From Vicugna vicugna (taxonomy: Eukaryota), in contig MU061579.1 of the NCBI GenBank assembly GCA_013265495.1, forward strand, positions 3,283,319-3,347,318: a DNA stretch of 64,000 bases. The letters run 5' to 3'. The notes beneath the pieces are model-generated. The model was given only the letters and a program-made list of their open reading frames with translations, made no database searches and was not told the origin of the DNA. The position numbers and the translations under genes were made by a program. The first letter of the stretch is position 1. Each line of letters opens with the position of its first letter. Of the stretch, positions 52,646 to 64,000 are shown piece by piece.

Positions 52646-55344
52646 AATGTGATATTATCATTGGTTGAAAAGCTTTAGTCACTACACTTATTTTATCCCC
52701 TTAAAAAAATTAACCAAATGAACAATGTAGATATTGGAAATATCCATTGCCAAAAAACCAAAATAGATAAAAAACTTAATTTAACTTGCAATTTCTGAAT
52801 TTGTTTTTAGTATTATCAGTATTTCATGATAAAATATTTTGGTTTGTCTCTATACTATAATGTTGTTAACCATTTTCCCCATAGTTATTTTTATTTGCAA
52901 ATGTAATGTTTTAAATAAGTCAGTGAGAGTAGCTTAGAAAAACAAAAAGGGAAATATTAAAAAAGACACATTAGTATTATAAATGGGACTGTTTATCCTT
53001 AGGATATCTGATAAGTAATGACAAACCCATAAACTTGGGAAATATATCACTGGCCATTTTTCTGATGATAACTTATGAAACAGAATAAAAGTATGGATAC
53101 AAGACTTCGGAAAACTGGATATTTGAAAGTCTCCTGCTCTGACAGATAATTATTTCAATATTTGAAAATTATTTAATTTCAAAAGTCTACATTCTAAAGA
53201 CTAAAGTTCTCATACACTTTCAGAATTTTCTGAGTTATTAAAAAATAACTAGAGGCTTTTAGTTTAGGAAAGAAAAGGCAAAGATAGATTTAAGCATTAT
53301 CTTTAAAAGATGATTGACAATTTGTTTATTTTCTTATTTCAGATTAAATAAGACATTTGGTAGGTCAACAAATATTGAGTATGCTCAGCTCAGCCTCAAA
53401 TGCTCAGATTTCTCACTATTATTAGTATGAAAAATATCCCTGAAAATAAAGTTAAAATTTCCTTTGATCATGGTATCTTAAAATAGAACAGAATTTCATC
53501 TGTTTGGAGTAGTTTAGATGAATCCACTTTTAAAGTTAGATGATGGAGTTACATGACCTCTTCAAGTTTCCACCAACCCTATGATTTCATGAGAAAATAA
53601 GAGTTTTCAGCTTTCTAGCTTCCCCTTCCAAATCTTATTCAAAGCAAAATGACAGATTTGAATATAATCTAGGGTGATAAAATATTCTTATGGTTAACTT
53701 TCAGCCCAATACTTTTTGATGTTTTCACTAATGAACCTCACTAGGGAATACAACTTCTGCTCATTAAAGTTATGTAAGATAATAATTAAATCTTTAAAAA
53801 AATTCTGTGGTTGTTATATCTAAGGTTCAGGAACAATATGATTTCACAAAATGTTGGTAGTTTTAGGGCTATCCTTCTCAAACTGTGTTAGAGCTCTAGT
53901 TTGAAACTATGCAAGATGTGAGTGGGCAAGGAAGGAGGAATAACTAAACTCATCTTTAGGAGAGTACTTTCTGCTGTGTAGGACATATTCTCATGATAAT
54001 ATATAAAGTAATTTTTCATGAAACCTGAATTAAATATAATATTTCAATATTGACTGATTTCTATTGGTGAGAATGATAGTTTTTTAAACATTTAAGACAG
54101 TGACATAATAATTTAAAAAACACTTTCTATAGGTAACAAATATAGATCAATTTATATAAAACATGAAATAATAATTGGAACAGTTGTATGTGACTATGGT
54201 ACATAAAAAGCTTAAGTTTGCAAATACAGCTTTAAGACTTAGTTATTATAATACAGAAGATTTCCTCTGGACTTTTGATGGAACCATAGAAACACCAGGA
54301 ACAAACAAGTTGATTCTATTGAATTAGCCCCAGATTCTTTCAATACCAGCTGTAAGCCATGAATGTGTGACAGATCAGTAATAGAAATGGATTTCTTCAC
54401 TCCCCACTACCAGCTTTCAACACGTTGCCCCCTTCCTTGGATCACTCCCGGTACTTGCTTGTCCATGGTTTTGTAATGGTTAAATTCTGACATTGGGATG
54501 GGGTTTGGGTGAAGTAGGGTGGCTGTTGGAGCAAGTCCCATAGGCTGGCTCACAGGAAATACATAACCTGTGATAGCCTAGTTCCAGTCTTAGCAAAAGT
54601 TCTTGAAGAGAGGTTTATAAATTTAGGAGTTAAATATATCAGTATGCAAAAGTCAAGTTAATTATCAGATAAAAAAGAAGTTCTTAAGAGAGTGAGAAAC
54701 TGGATAAAAATGATTCTCCTTGCTGGGACCAAAAGTCTAGTTAGACCACTCTAACAGAATTTTGTGCCTCAGGTCCATTCATGAACTTGTAGTCTTGCAC
54801 TTCTGAATTTGTAAGGTTCATGATTATAGACAAACCATAAGGAGGAGTCATGTGGCAAGCTTCCACCCGACCTGCACCTTTGGGTTCTGACATACAGCAA
54901 TTCTCATTCATTTAAAATCACAGTTGGTGACTTGCTGCTATGTTCCTGGCATTTTGCTAGGATTAAATTGAGGGAGAGCTTGTCTTAGTGGATATTTGGA
55001 GAATAATGATAAATACATAAATAGAAAATTGCAATAAGGTTGGCTGATACCATGATCTGGATAAACACAGCACGATACTGGAAGTATGAAGAAGGCAACT
55101 GTAGCTTGGGTTTATTTTTATTCAAAAATATTGTAAAGCACAGAAAAATCCACTGAATAATGTAATGAACATTATCCTGAATCCTAATGAACAAATCCTA
55201 GATTTGTATATTTTTTTCAAGTTTCCTTAGACAGTATTTTCTTTTTGCTAAAATAAATCAAAATGTATGGATAAACCCAAAGCCCCCTTTTAACTGGAAA
55301 GGGGTACACAAAACACTTGCCCTAATTCAACCTTTAATGATCAT

Positions 55345-55755
55345 GGTGAAAATTGTGACATGTCACCCAGCTCCACCAAGTAAGAACATGTGCATGCTGA
55401 TGGGATTGTCATTGTCAACTGCTTAAGGGGTTGCCTCACCCTTGGACGGCCACATGACCTTATACAAGGTCAGTCTCTTCCCAGGGTGGCCCATATCCAA
55501 TGACTGGTGGAGGTGGACTTAAAAATGCTGTGACATTTTTAACCAACAAAGTACAACTCTGATGGTACATTTTAGCTCCAGAGTTCCTGCAGTCAGCCGA
55601 GAACAGTGATCAGATCATTATCATAGTTGAAATTCTCCCTGACTCAGTGATACTTCCTTTCTCTCCCTTCTAAAGGTATCAATTCCAGTTAATACCCTAA
55701 GTAACATTCAGATCACTAAACCTCATCTCATTGTCCAAGGAAACAACCTACAGCA
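55345..55755 (+). mobile_element. ERVL solo LTR (LTR16A-like)
   Basis: cttcccagggtggcccatatccaatgactg...acaactctgatgg...agctccagagttcc...aacctcatctca...aacctacagca. Confidence 0.75.
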
Positions 55756-56029
55756 ATGATCAATGTTTCTTCTACAAAAATATGGCACTTACACAGAGAC
55801 CAGAAAGATGACTACGTGTCACAAAGAAACATGTGAAATTATGTGTACATGAACAGAAAGCATTCTTCTAAACACCCTGCAGCTCAGAAGTAGAATTTGT
55901 ATTTTTGGTTAGGTGTTTGTATGGAAATGAATTTTGTGATTGCAAGAAGGAGGAAAAAAGTGAGATTTCAAGAGAAATTATGAATGAAGAAATAAAATTA
56001 TTTCATGAATAATATAATAACGGGGAAGA

Positions 56030-56590
56030 AAAAAATGAAATAAACTTGAGGTGATTCCAGGTTTATAAAATGTAGCATTGAGTGGGAAGTCTCTTCCAGG
56101 GAAAGATGAATGTAGTTTTTGACATGCTGAGTTTGAGGAAGTGACAATTATCTTTCTGCGTAAATCCCCCAAGCAGTTGGAAATATAACTAGCTCACAAG
56201 TTAAAGAAAAAAAAAAAAAGCATTTGATTGGTTCATCAACTTAAAACATGTTTTGAGCTTCTCTCTGTTTGTTTCTGAGTACGGAATAAGGAGTAAATTT
56301 GGTGTGGCCCCTGTCCTCAGAGTGCTTACAGCATAGGATCAGTGACAGATATAACACACATTAATTATACAAATAAACACATGGCTGCAAACTGTGATAC
56401 AGTCCCTGAGGACAAAGAACAGGATATGATGAAAGAAAAAGGAGAGGACTTAATTGTACTGTGGATGTCAGAGAAAGCCTCTCAAGGCCATGACATTTAA
56501 GTTAAAATTAGAAGGACGGATAAGATGTATTTTAGCAAAAGTCCAGAGGAAGAGTTTTCTTACCAGAGGGAGCAGCATCTGCCAAGTATT
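56030..56590 (-). mobile_element. L2 fragments
   Basis: ttttgacatgctgagtttgagg and ggcccctgtcctcagagtgcttaca...gtcagagaaagcctctc...tgacatttaag...cagagggagcagcat. Confidence 0.7.
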
Positions 56591-57514
56591 TACGTGCTGT
56601 ATGAAAGGACCTGGTAGGACTTGGTTAACATAGGGATGCTAACCTAAATGCCAGTGGAGAGCCCCTGAAAAGTGAAAGACAAAAGGAACACAGGCATGAA
56701 GATTTGAGAGTTATCTGTGTTCAGGTTACAGTAGAATCCAAGGAAGCAGATGCTCTTTGGGAGAAAAAGTAGGTAAGAAAAACAAAAATGGGGCAAAAGA
56801 CAGAGACTCATGGACTCTTAGAGACCAGAAAGTAGGAAAGACCTTAATAAAGCTCAGACTTAAACAGCTGAAAATATACAAGATCAGAAAAGACACAATA
56901 GTGCCAAACAATACAAGAAAGGTTGGCGAAGATTTTTAAAATGGTCACCAGATTATGAATTCTAATTTTAAAGTAAAGTTACACTAGTATAATCATATGT
57001 TAGGAAGAATACCGTAAAATTGAATTACAGAGTTTTTGTTTCTTGCAAGATTTCCTGAACATCTCTATTTGTTGTAAACTATTCACTATACATATCTATT
57101 CCTCCAAGGGAAAAAAATAGTGTTTTTTATTTCTTTTTGTAATTTTCCAATCAAAGTGGTTGGGTTTTAAGCTAGTTTTTAAATTGTGTTTTAAAATAGT
57201 TTGCACAAAATATTTTAAAATTCATTTTCTGAAAATTTGAGGCAACTTTTACAAGGTAGAAAAATTTTACCTGCTTATAACCTTCATTTAATGAATTTTA
57301 TTTAACTAATTGATTTCAATTAAATAATAATTAAAATTTAGCATTTTCCAATATTATGTGGAAATAATATATTTATTTTAAAATAAAATCTAAAGCATAA
57401 CATATGACTATATGGTTACCCTAGACGTTATTATTAAGTATTCTTTTTTAAAATGTACTTTTTTCCTGTTTCTGACTTTCTGAAAAGTAATAATCTGGTT
57501 ACTTGTTTCCACAG

Positions 57515-57576
57515 GTTTGTTCAGGATGAATTATTAAATCGACCACCCAATCCACCATTAACAAATGATTTTAAAA
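57515..57576 (+). CDS. Candidate coding exon (G+FVQDELLNRPPNPPLTNDFK), gene unidentified
   Basis: Acceptor ttacttgtttccacag|G. Only one frame is open. Higher GC and a retained CpG in very AT-rich flanks. Weak donor AA|gtatta at 57577, or read-through to SINISF* (stop ending ~57596) if this is a terminal exon. Confidence 0.5.
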
Positions 57577-57626
57577 GTATTAATATATCTTTTTAAATGG
57601 CTTATTTTCTTGTATTATGATGTGAT

Positions 57627-57692
57627 GGGGAAAGAAAGAGAGAAAGAGAAGGAAGGAAGGAAGGAAGGAAGGAAGGAAGGAAGGAAGGAAGG

Positions 57693-57725
<33 letters not shown>

Positions 57726-57803
57726 GGAGAGAGGGAGAGAGAAAGGAAGGAAGGAAGGAAGGAGGGAAGGAAGGGAGAAAGAAAAGGAGAGAGAGAAAGA
57801 AAA
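57627..57803. repeat. 177-nt pure purine compound microsatellite: (GGAA)11, (GAAA)n, (GA)n
   Basis: No pyrimidine on the + strand across the tract. Confidence 0.97.
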
Positions 57804-59187
57804 CCTGGAGGCTTTAACATTGCCTTTATCTTAGTTACAAACCTCGTATCATAAAATCAATAATCTCCCTCGTGGGCATGTACTAAACTGAAACAACACC
57901 AATTCTTCTCTTTTAGGCCTCCCAGTGCCACTGAGTCTTGCTATCAAACTGTAGTTTATATCTTCTGGCTCACAATACTTAGTCAGTAATTTAAATTCCG
58001 TGACGACCTCCAGGGACATTTTGAAAACATGGATCTTTTTTAAAGCCTATCATTATGTGACATGCAGCCATGCTACATCAAATTATTAAATTGTTTGTAT
58101 TCTTCTATCAGTTTGAATAAGCCATCAATTTGATGATATGCTCAAATATAAGTGTTAAATAAAAATGACAAATTGTGTGAGCAACAACATGCCCTACAAA
58201 TTAAATACACTAGGCAATACAGACATTCCCTACTTCCACATCAGATACAGTTCTTTTGAGCAGCCATGGACAATTTCTATCCTTATGCAAATCCACATCC
58301 TCCAACCTTAAAACTAACTACATACAAACCTTTCACTTTCCATTGGTATATTTTAACTTTACCTACAGAAAATTTATCTCATATGAACCTGCTCAGGTAG
58401 AGGCTAAAGAATTTTTCTCATCTTTGTCCTTCCTCCGAAATGAAACTCCCCTTCAGCTCCATCACTAATTCCGTCACATCATTCTCTTTCAAGAATCTGG
58501 AGCAACTATTTCATCAACCATTTCAACACTTTCTTTCCTGCCTAGCTCTTGACCTTTGCAAATATGTTCCAGAATCCCTTTTTGTCAGATGGGGTGGGGG
58601 TGGAAATCAATCAGAGTTTATCCTCCTTTAAACCATTATATTTACTCCTTGTCAAAGCTTAATGTCTCAGAATAATGAATTAAAAATGCTATTCCCATTC
58701 CCTCACAATTATTCCCTTTAATTCCTCTACATTATGGTTTGAAATCCAATAAACATTAAATGTTTAGAGCAAGGAAACATCTTTTAATTTCCAGAATCTC
58801 TGGCATCATCTAAATTTTCATTATGCATATTAATTACACCTCATTTAATTTGTAACTTTCTGTCCTTCACTTTCATACTTAGCTTCTGCTCCAGGGATTT
58901 TCCCAGTTCTCTATGTAGCAATCAAAATTCCAGAGTATAATTCAGTCTTTAAAGGTCTCCTTCAGCTCAGGTATTAAATGTAATTTTGAAATGATTCAAT
59001 TAATTTCATTAGTCAATCATCAAACATCTTCTATGCTTTAAGCATTACCTATATCATCTAAAATTCAGTTGTTGAACCTTGTCTTTTTTTTTTTTAACAT
59101 AAGAAGACCTTGAGCATCTCACTGTCCATCTCTCCTCGTTTTTCATACTTCTAAAGGTCTTATGCATATGAGTATGTGAATATCTTA

Positions 59188-59292
59188 CTTTATTATTTTT
59201 TAAAATTTTTCCTGGAGGTCCTGGGGATTGAACCCAGGACCTCCCACAAGCTAAGCATGTGTTTTACCACTGAGCTCTATTCCTCCGCCCCC
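59188..59292 (-). mobile_element. tRNA-derived SINE, vic-1-like short form
   Basis: ggaggtcctggggattgaacccaggacctcccacaagctaagcatgtgttttaccactgagctctattcc with a T-rich tail. Confidence 0.88.
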
Positions 59293-60094
59293 TGTCTAGC
59301 CTACTTTAATTACACTTGTATTCCTACTGTCTAAATCATTAGTTTTCATCTCACCATGAATATCTTTGACAATGAGCAGAAATTATAAAGTTGACAATAT
59401 TATCTTTCTGGTCAAATGTTGCCTCAAACTCCCAATTTCTAACAAGGTACTAATCACATTCAAGCAGACTGTTCATTCTCCATTACAATTCATAGATTTT
59501 ATTCTTACTTCTATTTTAGTTTAAAAAATATTATTATAAATGACTGTTAGAAAATACATAAAAACAGAATAGTAGACTGTATTTCTCTATGTCTACCTAT
59601 AAGCTTCAAAAATTAACAATATTTTTGTCTATCTTATTTCATAAATACACTCACTTCTTTTGTTGTGTCTGATTCTTTTGGTTTTGTTTTTGTCTTTCCA
59701 GGAATATTTTATTAAAAATCCAAGACACCATGTCACTACACATAAAACTACTTCAGTAAGTATCAAATAAAGAGATTTTATGTTTTAATATTCACACCAA
59801 TTTATATTTGTTGTGTTTATATCTTCTGCATATCCCATTATTTTAAACATATATAAAATTTTACAACTGAATTTTATTCTTACAATTTTGTGCTATTTAT
59901 TTTATAATCTACTTTAAAATTACTATTTTATATTTACTTCTTTACTTAAAATGAGAGCAACAGCTATTTAAATAAGCCAGTCACTTTCATTTTCCACTTT
60001 CTTAAAAAATGTGTGTATATCTGAATGACATTATTTATTAGCTGACTCTTGGTAAATATACCACAAATATTAAGATGCTTGTCTAAATGCACTG

Positions 60095-61136
60095 ATGACT
60101 TCTGATCGCAACTAAGATGGAGTAACAAGGCCTAACATTACTTTCTCCCCTGAAACAAATACAAATCTGGACAAAATATATTAAACAATGGTTTTTAGTC
60201 ATTAGGTGTCAGGAAACACAGGGTAGGAACACCGAGAAAGGGGAAACCAACAAAGTGAAACCTTAAATGTTTCCAGTTTACAGACTGAATGGCAGGAGTT
60301 GGTCAGTCTGCAGGAGTTGAAAAGATGGTTTGGGAGTCTGGCAAGGCCAAAAAATGCAGGAACTGCAGGGTAGAACATCAAAGAAAGAGAGCTGCACATA
60401 GGGAGTTCCAGAGATTAGCAGGAGTTCCCCCCTAGAACCTTCTTCTCAGGAGAAAGAACCACACAAAAATATCAGAGTAAATGATCCTCCAAACTTACAT
60501 ACAGCCAAGATAATATGCGTTCCCCAAAGTATGATTAAGCCAGTTTACCTAGGATTGTCCTGGGTTTAAAACTGAAATCCTTGTGTTCCAGGAAACCCAT
60601 TCCAGGCAAATTGGGACATCTGATCCCAGTGGCAAAACCTCAAAATCTGAAATATGTTATGTTAGGAAATTAGATGAGTTTTGCTTTGGTGGTAAAAAGT
60701 TAGTCCTAGACTAAACAGTCCTAGACTGTTCTGACCTTGCCTAGTAAAACTTAATAGTCTGAAAGGATCGAACTATTTTTGGGTAATTTAAAAAGTCAAG
60801 AATATTTAAAGGAATAAAAAAATCCAGCAACGAACTAGGTATCATCCACAATGTATGGAATCCAATAAAATACTCCAGGCATGCAAAGGGGCAGGAAAAT
60901 GTGATTCTTAATAAAAAGGAAAAAGTTAATAGAAACAGACATGATAATGACACAGATAATAGAAGAGGCAAGAACATCATAAAGGTCATTATAGCTGTAT
61001 TAAATCCAAGAAGGCAAAGAAAAGATTTAGCCTAGCAAGTATAAACATAGACGATAGAAAGAAGATCCATCTCTAAAAATGAAAACTATAATGTCAGAAA
61101 TAAAAATTCACTGACTAGGATTAAAAACAGATTAGA
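60095..61136 (+). mobile_element. Old L1 5' UTR and ORF1 start (L1MC/MD-like)
   Basis: gacttctg...aagatggagtaaca...ctggacaaaatata...aggcatgcaaaggggcaggaaaatgtga...aaaattcactgactaggattaaaaacagattagaca. Confidence 0.75.
60527..60629. mobile_element. hAT-Blackjack MITE (MER81-like) nested in L1
   Basis: ccagtttacctaggattgtcctgggtttaaaactgaaatcc...ggaaaccc...ccaggcaaattgggaca...gatccc. Confidence 0.65.
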
Positions 61137-61698
61137 CAGGTCTTCTGCCCATTTCTTGATCTGTTTTCTTTTTTTTTGATGTTGAGTTAAATGAGCTTTT
61201 TATTTAGGATATTATCCCTTAGTGGTCATACCATTCACAAATAGTTTCTCCCATTCCTGAATAGACATTTCTCCAAAGAAGACATACTTATGACCAACAG
61301 GCACATGAAAAGATGCTCAACATTGCTAATTATTTGAGAAATTCACATCAAAACCACAATGAGGTATCACCTCACACTGCTTAGAATGGGTATCATCAAA
61401 AACCTTACAAATAATACATTCTGGAGAGAGTGTCGAGAAAAAGGAACCCTCCTATGTTGTTGGTGGAAATGTAAATTGGTGCAGCTGCCATGGAGAACAG
61501 TATAGAGGTTCCTTGAAAAAACAAAAATAGAGTTACCATATGATCCAGCAATTCCACTCTTGGACATATATCCAGAGAAAACTCCAATTAAAGTAAAAAT
61601 ACATGCGCCTGAATGTTCATAGCAGCACTGTTTATAATAGCCAAGACATAGAAGCAACCTAAATGTTCATAGACAGATAAATGGATAAAAAAGATGTG

Positions 61699-61737
<39 letters not shown>

Positions 61738-62135
61738 ATGGACTATTACTCAGCTATAAAAGGAATGAATTAACACCATTTGCAGCAACAAGGGTGGACC
61801 TAGAGATTATCATACCAAGTGAAGTAAGTCAAACAGGGAAAGACAAATATATGACATCACTTATATGTGCAATCTAAAAAATAATGACATAAATAAACTT
61901 ATTTGCAAAACAGAAAGAGACTTACAGACATAGAAAACAAACTTATGGTTACCAGGGGGAAGAGAGGGAAGGAAGGTATAAGTTGGGAGATTGGGTTTGG
62001 CAGATACAAACTACTATGTACAGAAGAGATAAACAAGATCCTACTGAATAGCGAAGGGAACTATATTCAATGGCTTATAGTAACCTATAATGAAAAAGAA
62101 TACAAAAAAGAATACACATATATATATAACTGAAG
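61137..62135 (+). mobile_element. Young L1 with 5' inversion (61137-61256 inverted), contains (CA)16 at 61700-61731
   Basis: The reverse complement of the inverted part ends ...aaatgggcagaagacctg, and the direct part starts ctgaatagacatttctccaaagaagac. These are contiguous in L1 ORF2. Confidence 0.92.
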
Positions 62136-62139
62136 AAAA

Positions 62140-62720
62140 TTTAAAAAAATTAAAAAACCAAAATGAGCTATCACCTCACACCTGTCAAGATGGCTATCAT
62201 CAAAAAGAACACAAATAACAAACACTGGAGAGGATGAGGAGAAAGGGGAACCCTTGCACACTGTTGGTGGGAATGTAAGTTAATGCAACCACTGTGGAGA
62301 GCAGTATGGAGCTTTCTCAGAAAACTAAAAATCTAACTACCATTTGACCCAGCAATTCCTCTCCTGTGTATATATCTGAAAAAAAAACAAACAAACACAC
62401 TCATTCAAAAAGTTATGTGCACCCCAATGTTCATAGAAGAATTATTTCCAATTGCTGAGATACGGAAGCAACCTAAGTGTCCATCAACAGATGAATGAAT
62501 GAATAAATATATATATACATATACACACACACATACATACATATATGTATACATATACAAAAATGGGATAATCTCAGTCATAAAAAAGAATGAAAATTTT
62601 GCCATTTGCAACAACATGGATGTACTTGGAGAGTATTATTATGCTAAGCAAAATAAATTAGACAAAGACAACTACTATATAATATCACTTATACATGTAA
62701 TCTAAAAATTACAAAATAAA
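62140..62720 (+). mobile_element. Second young L1 fragment (ORF2 end to 3' UTR start)
   Basis: tatcacctcacacctgtcaagatggctatcatcaaaaag...cacactgttggtgggaatgtaa...gaagcaacctaagtgtccatcaacagatgaatg. Confidence 0.9.
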
Positions 62721-63590
62721 GAGCTTGTCATTGTTGATAAAAAACAAGGTAGAACTTTATGTTGTCTATGGGAAAGTCATTTTAACATAAACACACAGAT
62801 AAATTAACAGTAAATAGATGAATAAATATATACCATGTTAAAACTAATCAAATAAAACTGTCAGATGAAGTAAATTTAAGAAGAATAATACAAGGGAAAA
62901 AGAAAGCCACTTACCTTAATACAAATTTTAATTCATGGAAAGGATATAAACACACAATACTTGCGTTCTTATATAACAGCACCTTAAATATGTGAAGCAG
63001 AAGCTAATAGAAATTAAGTGGGAAATAAACAAATACACACTCATAGCTTGAGAAATCAACACTGACCTCTCAATGATTAAAAGAAAAAGTAGGAAGAAAA
63101 TCAGTAAGAATATAACTGTGTTGAACAATACTATCAGCCAGATATACCTGATTTACATTTATAGAGTATTCTGTCCAACAAAATAGTCACAAATCATTTC
63201 AAAACTATTTAAATCATACAGTGTGTTTTCTCTGAACAAAGTTAAATTAAGTTCAAAATCAATAACACAAATGCATTTTTAAAATCTCCAAATATTTGAA
63301 AGCCAGGTAAAACAGTTCTAAATCACATGTTGGTCAAATGACAGTTCAAAAGACAACTTGGAATGTATTCTGATGTGAATGAAAATGAAAACTCAGCATA
63401 TTAAAATGGGTAGGATGCAGTTAATGAAATACTTAGATGGAAATTTGGGGCACTTTTAGTAGACACATTACTATAAAAGAGGAAACTTTCCGAATCAGTG
63501 ATCTCAGCTTTCACCTTAAGAAACTAGAAATAGAAGAGAATTGAAAAACAAAGTAGGCTAAGAAAAATAATAAAGAAATTGCAACAGTTG
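62721..63590 (+). mobile_element. Old L1 ORF2 endonuclease region
   Basis: aaatatataccatg...aaatatgtgaagcagaagctaatagaa...gaatgaaaatgaaaac...atctcagctttcaccttaagaaactagaaa. Confidence 0.8.
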
Positions 63591-64000
63591 CCTGTCATGG
63601 TCTCACAGATTTGAAAGGGGAGTTAATGACAAATTATACAGAATTAGAAATATAATATTATACACATGAAACATAATATTATAAAGCAGTGTTAATGCAA
63701 AATATAAACAAGCAAATAAATAAATAAATAGATAAATTTTTTACAAAGGATAAATTGTGCTGGCATCCAATCACAAAGAACCGAGGCTAGAAGCTGGGCT
63801 TGGCAGGGAGTAACACCCAGGTTGAAACTGGAGAAGATATTTCATGATATGAATCCCTTTAATGTAGAGAGGAGCTTTTGACTCTACATTTGGATTTAAA
63901 TGAGTGTCTGGTAAGTAGTATGCGTGCTCTGGTTCATCCCAAAGCCACAGACAGGAGGGTACAGGAACTGAGTGTGAATGTCTCGCTGAAAGTGCACTCG

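Noticed and set aside
53343..53359. 17-nt exon-like segment (tttcag...TTG|gtaggt)
   Set aside because: It would shift the 57515 exon into a closed frame and is probably a pseudo-exon.
57565..57834. Lys/Glu/Arg-rich ORF and its antisense Phe/Leu/Ser-rich ORF
   Set aside because: Translations of the purine microsatellite.

Overview
AT-rich, CpG-depleted mammalian genomic DNA with no prokaryotic features. Three copies of a short tRNA-derived SINE resembling camelid vic-1, plus young L1 3' ends of the artiodactyl type, suggest a camelid (alpaca/llama/camel). Much of the window is interspersed repeat: L1 of several ages, L2, MIR, MaLR/ERVL/ERV1 solo LTRs, and Tigger and hAT MITEs. None of the supplied six-frame ORFs looks like a real gene. 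The window most likely lies within long introns of a + strand gene that I cannot name. The best support is two small, phase-compatible candidate exons about 37 kb apart (20551-20573 and from 57515), which join as LKRKLSYK-FVQDELLNRPPNPPLTNDFK. The most unusual structure is a ~400 bp foldback-like element at 21929-22336, with inverted termini and 16-bp internal repeats, inserted in an old L1. Other notable items are a clear twin-priming L1 inversion (61137-62135), an apparently ancient one (2043-3228), an intact solo LTR with TSD, TATA box and polyA signal, a 177-nt pure purine tract and a 70-nt poly(T). I found no evidence for a new multi-gene system. Repeat family names come from recalled consensus similarity, not from a database run, and old-repeat boundaries are approximate.
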